From Deltaproteobacteria bacterium (GTDB lineage: Bacteria; Myxococcota_A; UBA9160; UBA4427), in the NCBI GenBank assembly GCA_002691205.1, contig NZHD01000094.1, positions 44 to 64,043 of the forward strand: DNA of 64,000 nt, written 5' to 3'. Shown one piece after another: positions 9,712 through 17,129 of this stretch (position 1 is its first letter; the number at the start of each line of letters is the position of its first letter). The notes beneath the pieces were generated by a model. It saw nothing but the letters and a program-made list of their open reading frames with translations. It did no database searches and was not told the origin of the DNA. The position numbers and the translations under genes are program-made.

Positions 9712-10509
9712 ATGGGAACGTTGCGATACGTCAAAAAGCTTGAACAAGTGAAGCGGGCTGCCGAGCAAAATCCCGAATTTCTTGAGAGCGAGGTGACCTC
9801 CATCCGTTGTGTCTACGAGACGGATCCGGGACTCGCCCAGCTTCTTTTGCCAAAGCCCCTTGAGATCGGTGATCGCCCTTTAATCCACGTGACCTTCTCA
9901 AAGGTCGCAATGCATATCAGTCCTGAATATGTTTTCGAGATCGGCTCCGCGATTTTCGGAGTTCGCGCTCAATATGATGGAAAGCAGGGCACCTATTTAA
10001 TTACTATGCCGATGACGACCGAACAGGCCGTGGTGCCTGGACGCGAGACCTTTGGCGAACCCAAAAAGATTGCCGACATCTCGTTGACCGAGGAGGAAGG
10101 GAGACTTTCCGCACAGGTGAATCGAATGGGCGTGACCTACCTCGAGGCGCGAGGACATCGAGGGGAGGCGCTGGAGCCGAAAGAGTTTGTCGAACATGCT
10201 TTTTGCTTCAAGGCCTCGCCTAGTTGCGAGAAGAGCGGAACTTTTGACGCGGAGCCTCTTCTGGTGCGCTTGGATTGGCATCAACGCCAGAGCAAGCGCT
10301 GTGCGATCGAGGCCGGGGAGCTGATTTTGCGAGAATCCGCGGCTGATCCCGTGGCCGACTTGCCCGTTCGCGAGATCCTCAGCATGGAATACGAAGTGGG
10401 CACAACCGAGAGCAATGGCCAGGTCCTTCGAAGTATCCCTGGGGATTGGCTCCTGCCCTTCTTGCATCAGCGTTATGACGACATGAGCGGGGAAGGGATT
10501 GAGCTCTAG
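9712..10509 (+). CDS. Acetoacetate decarboxylase (ADC) family protein
   Basis: PGRETFGEPKKIADI matches the conserved GRE-x-G-x-PKK motif of the ADC family. 265 aa. Strong SD GAGGAGGAG. Confidence 0.8.
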   Translation: MGTLRYVKKLEQVKRAAEQNPEFLESEVTSIRCVYETDPGLAQLLLPKPLEIGDRPLIHVTFSKVAMHISPEYVFEIGSAIFGVRAQYDGKQGTYLITMPMTTEQAVVPGRETFGEPKKIADISLTEEEGRLSAQVNRMGVTYLEARGHRGEALEPKEFVEHAFCFKASPSCEKSGTFDAEPLLVRLDWHQRQSKRCAIEAGELILRESAADPVADLPVREILSMEYEVGTTESNGQVLRSIPGDWLLPFLHQRYDDMSGEGIEL

Positions 10510-10852
10510 GACCAGCTCCTGGATAGCGAAATGAGATCCGTAAGTACCTGTTTTTCATAGGGATATTTTTATTATACCCCGGGGGCACGGGGCTTTGGGC
10601 CGGGTGTTTGAGCGCCTTCAAATCGGGCTTGGCCTCTTGACTTGAGGTTCCACCCTGGGCTATCCCACCTTCGTCCCAAGAGGAGTTTGGCAGCGGCTGG
10701 AGGCCCACTGTGGTCACCAGGGGGTCCGCATCGATGGGTTGCACCAATTGTGAGCCCCTTCATCGCTTTCGGCCTGTATTCTCTTCTATGTACTTGAGGG
10801 CATTGAAGCTCTCCGAAGTCGGGAACTAGAGGGAATTAATAGAGAATTCAGC

Positions 10853-11503
10853 ATGATTCGAACCCCTAAAATTGCTCTAATCGCTTTTGTTATCAGCTGT
10901 ATGTTCATCGTCGCGCCGGTGTCGGCCGAGGACGAACATGCCCGCGGACGTCAGCTCTACGCTCTGTGCGCACAATGCCACGGCCAAAATGGAGCCGGAG
11001 CCCAGTTGTTCTTGGCGCCGGCGATCGCCGGGCTGGATCAGTGGTATGTGCAGTCTCAGTTCTTGCTCTTCCAGAGCGGAGTGAGAGGCCTGAACTGGCA
11101 GGATGTCGGAGGCCTCCGCATGCACCCCATGTCTCAATGGGTGAAAGGCGACGCGGATGTCGCCGCGGTTTCGGCTTACGTGGCCAGTTTGCCACGAGTC
11201 AACCCTCCTCCTCAGGTTGTCGGTGGGAATGCCGAAACCGGGAAGGCTCTGTACTCGACCTGTGCGTCTTGCCACGGGGTCGACGGCAAAGGCAATGAAG
11301 CGATGAACGCTCCGCCGCTCATCCACGCGAGTGACTGGTATCTGGTCTCCTCGCTCGAGAAGTACAAAGCGGGAATCCGGGGTTCAAATCCGAAGAATAC
11401 CAATGCCATCATCATGAGGGGAATGTCGAACCTTCTCCCGAATGATCAGGCCATTAAAGACGTGGTGGCTTACATCACGACGATGAATAATGAAGGCAAT
11501 TGA
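10853..11503 (+). CDS. Dihaem c-type cytochrome (c4-like), probable electron donor to the oxidase
   Basis: Signal peptide plus two CxxCH motifs (CAQCH, CASCH). Located at the head of the cox operon. Confidence 0.9.
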   Translation: MIRTPKIALIAFVISCMFIVAPVSAEDEHARGRQLYALCAQCHGQNGAGAQLFLAPAIAGLDQWYVQSQFLLFQSGVRGLNWQDVGGLRMHPMSQWVKGDADVAAVSAYVASLPRVNPPPQVVGGNAETGKALYSTCASCHGVDGKGNEAMNAPPLIHASDWYLVSSLEKYKAGIRGSNPKNTNAIIMRGMSNLLPNDQAIKDVVAYITTMNNEGN

Positions 11504-11569
11504 ACTTTAAAAGATAAAGCTCGCGTCGTCTGATCATGAGGCTTCGGAACCAGGAGTATTAAAATCCAG

Positions 11570-11674
11570 ATGGGCAAAGTATATGAGCCATCAGAGTTAG
11601 TCGAGAAAATTTTTTACATCAGCATGGCAGGTGTGGCCGCATTCATTGCGGTTGTACTGCTTTTCATTCTTTAG
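11570..11674 (+). CDS. Small (34-aa) single-TM protein upstream of coxB, not in the ORF track
   Basis: ATG preceded by AGGAG (11552-11556). Translation is MGKVYEPSELVEKIFYISMAGVAAFIAVVLLFIL, with one hydrophobic helix. It ends 12 nt before coxB. Confidence 0.4.
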   Translation: MGKVYEPSELVEKIFYISMAGVAAFIAVVLLFIL

Positions 11675-11686
11675 AGGCACGACTTA

Positions 11687-12397
11687 ATGATCGAAAGTTA
11701 TTTACCCCAAGCTTCCACCTTTGCCGGAGATATTGACTGGCTCTTCAGCATGGTCTTTTGGATCGTTGGAGCCTGGTTTCTTGTCTGTTCGGGCGTCTTC
11801 TTTTGGCTCGTCTTCAAATTTCGAGTGCCTAATGGCAGTCAGGCTACAGCCGAGTACATCACGGGAGAAGAGAAGTCCCAGAAGCGCTGGGTGACCATTC
11901 CCCATCTCCTCGTTCTTTTTTGTGATGTGTTTATCATCTACGGTGCAGTGAAGGTCTGGTACGACGTGAAGCAGTACCTGCCGCCGCCGGATCAAGAGAT
12001 TCAAATCATCGCTCAGCAGTGGGCGTGGACTTTTGTTCACCCGGGAGCCGATCAGAAGTTTGATACAGCAGATGACATTCATACTGTGAACGAACTCCGG
12101 CTTCAAGAAGACGCGGTGTATCACTACCACCTCTCTTCAAACGATGTGATGCATGACTTCTCGGTTCCCGTGTTTCGGCTGAAGCAGGATGCGATTCCGG
12201 GCCGAGTGATTACGGGCTGGTTTACTCCGACCGAGTCTGGGGAATTCGATATTCAATGCGCCGAAATTTGTGGCATTGGACACGGACTGATGCCCGCAAG
12301 GCTCGTCGTAGAAGACGCAGCGGCCCACACCGCGTGGTTAGCGGAGAGGTCCCCTGTGAAGTTGGCGGCTGTCACGAGCCCTGTGGTGGAGAACTGA
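11687..12397 (+). CDS. coxB: Cytochrome c oxidase subunit II (CuA, no fused cytochrome c domain)
   Basis: Two N-terminal TM helices and the CuA site CAEICGIGHGLM. Confidence 0.95.
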   Translation: MIESYLPQASTFAGDIDWLFSMVFWIVGAWFLVCSGVFFWLVFKFRVPNGSQATAEYITGEEKSQKRWVTIPHLLVLFCDVFIIYGAVKVWYDVKQYLPPPDQEIQIIAQQWAWTFVHPGADQKFDTADDIHTVNELRLQEDAVYHYHLSSNDVMHDFSVPVFRLKQDAIPGRVITGWFTPTESGEFDIQCAEICGIGHGLMPARLVVEDAAAHTAWLAERSPVKLAAVTSPVVEN

Positions 12398-12400
12398 GAA

Positions 12401-14113
12401 ATGGCTGAATCAATACCCACGCAACCATCTGATCCTCATGCGGACGATCATCATCATGAGGAACAGAGTTTTGTAAGCAAGTACCTGCTCTCAACCGATC
12501 ACAAGGTGATTGGGATGCAGTACATGTTCACCGGGATGGCCATGGCCTTAATCGGTGGCTTCATGGCCTATGCGTTCAGGATGCAGTTGGCCTTTCCCGG
12601 GGTCGAAGTTCCTTTGTGGGGAGTCGTGACCCCGGCGAATTACACCGCCTTGGTGACTAATCACGGTGCGATCATGATCTTCTGGGTGGCTATGCCCGTA
12701 CTGATTGCCGCCTTCGGCAACTACCTGATTCCACTGATGGTGGGTTGTGACGATATGGTCTTTCCTAAGATCAATCGGCTCTCGTACCAAATCTTTCTTT
12801 TGAGTGCGATTGTTCTTATCTCCTCGTACTTCGTAGATGGAGGGGGCTTTGGCGGCGCTTGGACCACCTATCCGCCGCTCTCTGCGAAAGCCGAGTACAA
12901 CCTGACGCCCATGGGCGCTTCGATTTTCATCGGGGCTGTCGGTCTTGAATTTGTGGCGTTCCTTCTGGGTGGGATCAATTTTATCACCACCGCAATGAAT
13001 GCGCGTGCGCCTGGAATGAAACTCTATGACATCCCGATGGTGATCTGGATGATTGTGATCGCCAGTATCCTGTTCATGGTTTCTGTGGGCCCGTTGCTCG
13101 CTGGAGCGATTATGTTGCTGTTTGACCAGCAACTCGGCACAGCCTTTTACGACCCAAACCGAGGCGGCGACCCGGTCCTTTGGCAGCACCTTTTCTGGTT
13201 CTTTGGACATCCAGAGGTCTATGTTGTGCTGCTGCCAGCGATTGGGATTACCGCCGAAATTATTACGGTTTTCTCTCGAAAAAAGCTCTTCGCCTATCGA
13301 ACGGTTCTTAATACGGCAATCGGGACCGGTGTTCTGAGCTTCTGCGTGTGGGCCCACCATCAGTTCATTTCGGGCATCGATCCGAGAATGGCCCATGTCT
13401 TTACTTTGACGACTCTGCTGATCTCAATTCCGATCGCCGAAATGATGTTTGTCTATATCGCCACTCTTTATGGGGGCGCGATTCGACTGGCCACTCCCAT
13501 GCTCTGGGCACTTGCTTTCATTTTTGAGTTCCTGATTGGTGGAGTGACCGGAATTTTCTTGGGAGCGAGTGGAGCTGATATCTACCTCCACGATACCTAT
13601 TTCGTGTTGGCTCACTTCCACTACACGTTCTTCCCAATTGCCATCATTGGAACGTTTGCGGGAGTGACCTATTGGTTCCCCAAGATGTTTGGGAAGATGA
13701 TGAGTGATCGTCTGGGAAAGATTCATTTCTGGGGAACGATTATTCCTTTCAACTTCATCTTTATTCCTCTGTTTTTCCTCGGAGCCGGCGGGCAGCATCG
13801 CCGGATCTATGATTTTCAGAACTTCCCAGCTTTAGCTGGAGAAGGCATGCAGGACCTGAGAATTTTGGCCACGACTTCGCTGCTCGTGATGCTGGGATTC
13901 CAACTTGTCTTCTTCTACAACTTCATCACAAGCTTGATGAAGGGCAAAGCGGCTGGCAAGAATCCTTGGAAGGCCAATACGTTGGAGTGGACGGCCGAGT
14001 CCCCGCCACCGCATGGGAACTGGAAGGAATTGCCCACTGTTTACCGAGGGCCGTATGAATACAGCGTCCCCGGTCGTGAGAAGGATTATTGGCCCCAGGA
14101 TGAACCGAATTAA
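12401..14113 (+). CDS. coxA: Cytochrome c oxidase subunit I (haem-copper oxidase catalytic subunit)
   Basis: 570 aa. Canonical motifs WFFGHPEVY, VWAHHQF and HFHYTFF. Confidence 0.97.
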   Translation: MAESIPTQPSDPHADDHHHEEQSFVSKYLLSTDHKVIGMQYMFTGMAMALIGGFMAYAFRMQLAFPGVEVPLWGVVTPANYTALVTNHGAIMIFWVAMPVLIAAFGNYLIPLMVGCDDMVFPKINRLSYQIFLLSAIVLISSYFVDGGGFGGAWTTYPPLSAKAEYNLTPMGASIFIGAVGLEFVAFLLGGINFITTAMNARAPGMKLYDIPMVIWMIVIASILFMVSVGPLLAGAIMLLFDQQLGTAFYDPNRGGDPVLWQHLFWFFGHPEVYVVLLPAIGITAEIITVFSRKKLFAYRTVLNTAIGTGVLSFCVWAHHQFISGIDPRMAHVFTLTTLLISIPIAEMMFVYIATLYGGAIRLATPMLWALAFIFEFLIGGVTGIFLGASGADIYLHDTYFVLAHFHYTFFPIAIIGTFAGVTYWFPKMFGKMMSDRLGKIHFWGTIIPFNFIFIPLFFLGAGGQHRRIYDFQNFPALAGEGMQDLRILATTSLLVMLGFQLVFFYNFITSLMKGKAAGKNPWKANTLEWTAESPPPHGNWKELPTVYRGPYEYSVPGREKDYWPQDEPN

Positions 14114-14195
14114 AATCGGTGGACACAATGTCCGGATCAAATCGACTTTTGAAGGTGTGTAAAATGACAACAATGCACGAGGGAGCGAAGACACA

Positions 14196-14765
14196 ATGAG
14201 ACCCATCGCGACGACACGGAGTGCGGCGGGAATGCCCACTGGCCTTTTGGCCGTTTGGTGGATTGTGGCGTCCGAAATTGTGATTTTTGGCGGACTCTTA
14301 GGTGCTTACATCATGTATCGACTTTCTCATGATGCGTGGGCGGGGCATGCTGCGAACACCAACACGTTGATTGGAACTACGAATACTTTAGTTTTGTTGA
14401 CGTCGAGCCTTTTCGCCGTCCTCGCTCATCAGGCGGCTGAGAAGGGGGACGGCAAGAAGGCGGCTCGCTTCCTTATGTATACGATGGCGGGCGCCGTGGC
14501 ATTCCTTTGTATCAAAGGATACGAGTGGAATTATGAGATCAGTCACGGCATGACGATTACGACCAATACATTTTGGTCATTCTATTACACGGCGGCAGGT
14601 ATCCACGGAGCACATGTGATCGCGGGTGCGATCATCATGGGCATTGTCGCCAAGGATGCGGCCAAGGGCTTAGAATTGCAGCGAGTCGAACTGATCGGAA
14701 TCTACTGGCACTTTGTAGATATCGTTTGGATCTTTCTTTTTCCGCTCCTTTATATTGCGAAGTAG
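14196..14765 (+). CDS. coxC: Cytochrome c oxidase subunit III (short, 5-TM form)
   Basis: 189 aa polytopic protein. YWHFVDIVWIFLFPLLY is typical of subunit III. GAGGGAG SD upstream of the ATG. Confidence 0.85.
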   Translation: MRPIATTRSAAGMPTGLLAVWWIVASEIVIFGGLLGAYIMYRLSHDAWAGHAANTNTLIGTTNTLVLLTSSLFAVLAHQAAEKGDGKKAARFLMYTMAGAVAFLCIKGYEWNYEISHGMTITTNTFWSFYYTAAGIHGAHVIAGAIIMGIVAKDAAKGLELQRVELIGIYWHFVDIVWIFLFPLLYIAK

Positions 14766-14775
14766 GGACCCCATC

Positions 14776-15147
14776 ATGTCTGAAGATGAACCACACACCA
14801 ACTATGTAAAGATATGGGCCATCTTGGTGGTCTTGCTGGCCGTAAGTGTGGCGGGTCCCGAGCTTGAAATTTGGTGGCTGACTCTTGTAACCGCCTTTGG
14901 GATAGCGCTCGTTAAGGCCTACGTGGTGGCCACCAAGTTCATGCATATCGATCACGCACCTAAATTTGTCACTTACTTGATGGTGACTTGCTTAGTGTTC
15001 ATGATGCTCTTTATGGCGGGTTCGGCGTCGGACGTGTTTAAGAGCAGCGGTGACAACTGGTACAAGATTGAAAGCGATTGGCAGTACATGCCGCCTGTCG
15101 CTCAGCACGATGAAGGCGCTCACGCAGAGGAAGCAGGGAACCATTAA
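14776..15147 (+). CDS. Prokaryotic cytochrome c oxidase subunit IV family protein
   Basis: Small membrane protein directly after coxC. HTNYVKIWAILVVLLAVSV... resembles the bacterial subunit IV family. ATG at 14776 lies within track ORF 14755..15147. Confidence 0.7.
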   Translation: MSEDEPHTNYVKIWAILVVLLAVSVAGPELEIWWLTLVTAFGIALVKAYVVATKFMHIDHAPKFVTYLMVTCLVFMMLFMAGSASDVFKSSGDNWYKIESDWQYMPPVAQHDEGAHAEEAGNH

Positions 15148-15150
15148 ATA

Positions 15151-15756
15151 GTGTCAGCTGGTTTGAGTTCGGGAAGTAATGACGGTTTAGAACCCATCGA
15201 CAGGACGGCCAAAAGGCCGGTCGTCGCGAACGGGATCTTAGGGATGATGCTCTTCATCCTGACTGAGGTCATGCTCTTTGCAGGCCTCGTAAGTGCTTTC
15301 ACCATCGCAAAGTCAGCCGCTCCTGTTTGGCCTCCTCCAGGTCAACCTCGTTTGCCCATTGAAGCTACAGCTTTTAACTCAGTTGTTTTGTTCGCAAGCG
15401 CGGTGGCCCTGCTTTTTGCCCATCGCGCCTTTCACAAGGGTGACCGCGAGAGTATGCGGCGGCCCATGTGGTTGGCTCTAGGACTCGGTAGTTTTTTCGT
15501 GATCTTTCAAGGTTTTGAGTGGGTCACGTTGCTCAGTGAAGGCCTGACGATGACTTCCAGCACCTATGGTGCATTCTTCTATCTCATCGTGGGCATTCAC
15601 GCCTTGCATGCTTTCGGTGCGATTGCGCTGCTGGCACGGGCTAATCATCGCCTCCAACAGGGTTGGCTAACCCCAGGACTCTTCGGCGCAGCCGAGATGT
15701 TTTGGTTTTTTGTTGTCGGCGTCTGGCCAGTCATTTATCTCGTGGTGTACCTGTGA
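15151..15756 (+). CDS. Second haem-copper oxidase subunit III-like protein
   Basis: 201 aa, 5 TM. GFEWVTL and FFYLIVGIHALHAF are subunit-III-like. GTG start 3 nt after the previous stop. Confidence 0.7.
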   Translation: MSAGLSSGSNDGLEPIDRTAKRPVVANGILGMMLFILTEVMLFAGLVSAFTIAKSAAPVWPPPGQPRLPIEATAFNSVVLFASAVALLFAHRAFHKGDRESMRRPMWLALGLGSFFVIFQGFEWVTLLSEGLTMTSSTYGAFFYLIVGIHALHAFGAIALLARANHRLQQGWLTPGLFGAAEMFWFFVVGVWPVIYLVVYL

Positions 15757-16007
15757 GACTGAAGTCTTTGAGACTCAAAGGATTTTTGATCCTGGGTTTG
15801 GTCGGTATGGCCTTGATCTGGCCCGATTTCGCCGAGGCCTGTGCGGTGTGCGGCGCGGCTCAAGACGAAGCGACTCGGAAGGCTTTTGTCGGTACAACCG
15901 CCTTCATGACATTTTTGCCTCTTGGGATGCTGTTCTTAGTGGTGGGTTGGTATATCCGCCGAACCTTACAGCGCGAAGAAGAGGAAGAGCAACGGTCCGA
16001 GCGTTAG
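15753..16007 (+). CDS. Small exported/membrane protein with a CAVC motif at the end of the cox operon
   Basis: The GTG start overlaps the preceding TGA (GTGA). It has a signal-like N-terminus, the sequence AEACAVCGAAQDE, one TM helix and an acidic/basic tail. The start is uncertain. Confidence 0.5.
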   Translation: MRLKSLRLKGFLILGLVGMALIWPDFAEACAVCGAAQDEATRKAFVGTTAFMTFLPLGMLFLVVGWYIRRTLQREEEEEQRSER

Positions 16008-16044
16008 GCTGGTGGCGGGTTGACGGGATCTTGACCTTGACTCT

Positions 16045-16254
16045 TCAGTCAAGCATTCGTCCCATCATCACGAGGAGCCACGAGAGAAGTCCCAGCATGG
16101 CGCCTCCCACGATGCGCCTTAGGGTCGAGATTTCGGTTGGCAAGAAAGCCCACGCGAGAGCCGCCCCTGCGGTCATACACAGGGCGAGTACGAGGGTCAG
16201 AAACGGATGCTCCCTGGCAACGGCCGACCAAGTGGCGAGGGCATGAAGCCTCAC
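16045..16254 (-). CDS. Small 2-TM membrane protein (hypothetical)
   Basis: 69-aa ORF with two hydrophobic helices. GTG start. An AAGGAGG SD lies further upstream (16311-16317) in front of an in-frame ATC, so the N-terminus is uncertain. Confidence 0.4.
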   Translation of the reverse strand: MRLHALATWSAVAREHPFLTLVLALCMTAGAALAWAFLPTEISTLRRIVGGAMLGLLSWLLVMMGRMLD

Positions 16255-16364
16255 TTGACGTTCGCCCTTTGAGGGCTTTTCGACGGGTTGTTCTTCAGGT
16301 GAGATGAGAACCTCCTTTTCTTACGGAGACCGACGTCCGGCTCGCCTTTGCTTCTGCGGCCTCT

Positions 16365-16718
16365 TTAGAGGAAATGATATTTGTGCCCGTAGTAGGCCAC
16401 GATGGCACTTAGTATCCAGATAACGACCACTGTGATGCTAAGGGTGCGGAGAGCATTCAGTTCCCGCCATTCCCACCTCATAATTATGAAAGTGAGGTAG
16501 ACGAGCCCTCCGGCCGCGCCGATGGCCCCGATATTTCGATCACGCGAGGCGAGGAGCAAGATAAATCCAACAACAGCTACGATATGCGCAAGGATCACGA
16601 TGAGCACAGGCCATAAAGCGGAGTCCTCGAAATAACGCATGACGATATCTCGTGCTCTAAGTTCTTCTCTTTCAGGGGGCTCTTCGCCGGGTTGTTGGGC
16701 GCCAGGTTCTAATGTCAA
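16365..16718 (-). CDS. Hypothetical 3-TM membrane protein
   Basis: 117-aa ORF. Its TTG start overlaps the stop of the upstream DoxX-like gene. Three clear hydrophobic helices. Confidence 0.5.
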   Translation of the reverse strand: MTLEPGAQQPGEEPPEREELRARDIVMRYFEDSALWPVLIVILAHIVAVVGFILLLASRDRNIGAIGAAGGLVYLTFIIMRWEWRELNALRTLSITVVVIWILSAIVAYYGHKYHFL

Positions 16719-17113
16719 TCGAGCTGCTCCGTGATTTTATCGGGCTGTGTGTACCACCACGCCCATAGGATAAAGACGGCTTGGAAGGGCAGACGGATCC
16801 AGTTGGAAGCGCCCGCACCGCTCCCCGGACCGTCCGGCCCGACGTTGGCGGAAGCCATGTAAACGTTGGCAGGGAAGACGGCTACCAGGAGCGCAATGAT
16901 TCCCCAAGCCGCAAAGGGTCGGACTCGCGGTTCGAGGAGGAACACGCCGAGGACGATCTCTGAGAGCCCCGAGATGACATTGAGCACTTCGGGGAAGGGT
17001 AAGCTCGGAGGGATAATCCGGACATAGAAGTCTGGGTTTAAGAGGTGATCGAATCCGATATACATGTAGATCGCGGCCATGATGTAGAGCAAAATCGTTT
17101 TTGTTCTCGACAT
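16715..17113 (-). CDS. DoxX-like family membrane protein
   Basis: 132 aa, 4 TM. The pattern GFDHLLNPDFYVRIIPPSLP...FPANVYMA resembles DoxX-like/YndJ-type proteins. Confidence 0.6.
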   Translation of the reverse strand: MSRTKTILLYIMAAIYMYIGFDHLLNPDFYVRIIPPSLPFPEVLNVISGLSEIVLGVFLLEPRVRPFAAWGIIALLVAVFPANVYMASANVGPDGPGSGAGASNWIRLPFQAVFILWAWWYTQPDKITEQLD

Positions 17114-17129
17114 AGAATGGTTGATCCTT

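Noticed and set aside
10606-10640. The sequence CCTTCAAAT (a UCA anticodon-loop-like CUUCAAA) in the GC-rich spacer was examined as a possible tRNA-Sec (selC) or other tRNA.
   Set aside because: The flanking bases do not form an anticodon stem. No acceptor, D or T arms (GTTCRANYC) could be drawn on either strand.
12395-12403. coxB and coxA are in the same frame, separated only by TGA-GAA-ATG. Considered as a second Sec or read-through candidate, or a CoxB-CoxA fusion.
   Set aside because: The TGA is at the natural C-terminus of subunit II, not at a Cys or redox position. coxA has its own ATG and a normal N-terminus. No hairpin follows. The same reasoning applies to 3009..4199 and 4254..5258, which share a frame but have a second stop 6 nt after the TGA.
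12548-13396. Long antisense ORFs overlapping well-supported genes. Examples are the 282-aa ORF opposite coxA, 632..961 opposite the AhpD-like gene, 33172..33693 opposite the D-aminoacylase gene and 23299..23874 opposite tag/ABC1.
   Set aside because: They have no recognisable motifs, are Arg/Pro/Ser-rich and low in complexity, and fully overlap genes with unmistakable family signatures. These are typical shadow ORFs.
14164-14199. An 11-codon mini-ORF (MTTMHEGAKTQ) whose TGA overlaps the coxC ATG. Considered as a frameshifted true N-terminus or a regulatory uORF.
   Set aside because: coxC has its own GAGGGAG SD at proper spacing, and its product has a normal N-terminus. The mini-ORF has no SD. 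It is probably incidental.
16254-16317. A strong AAGGAGG SD followed 5 nt later by an in-frame ATC (16303-16305), upstream of the small membrane ORF 16045..16254. Considered as a possible non-canonical ATC initiation adding 17 residues.
   Set aside because: ATC starts are very rare and there is no comparative evidence. The GTG at 16254 gives a plausible 2-TM protein. The point is noted only as start-site uncertainty.
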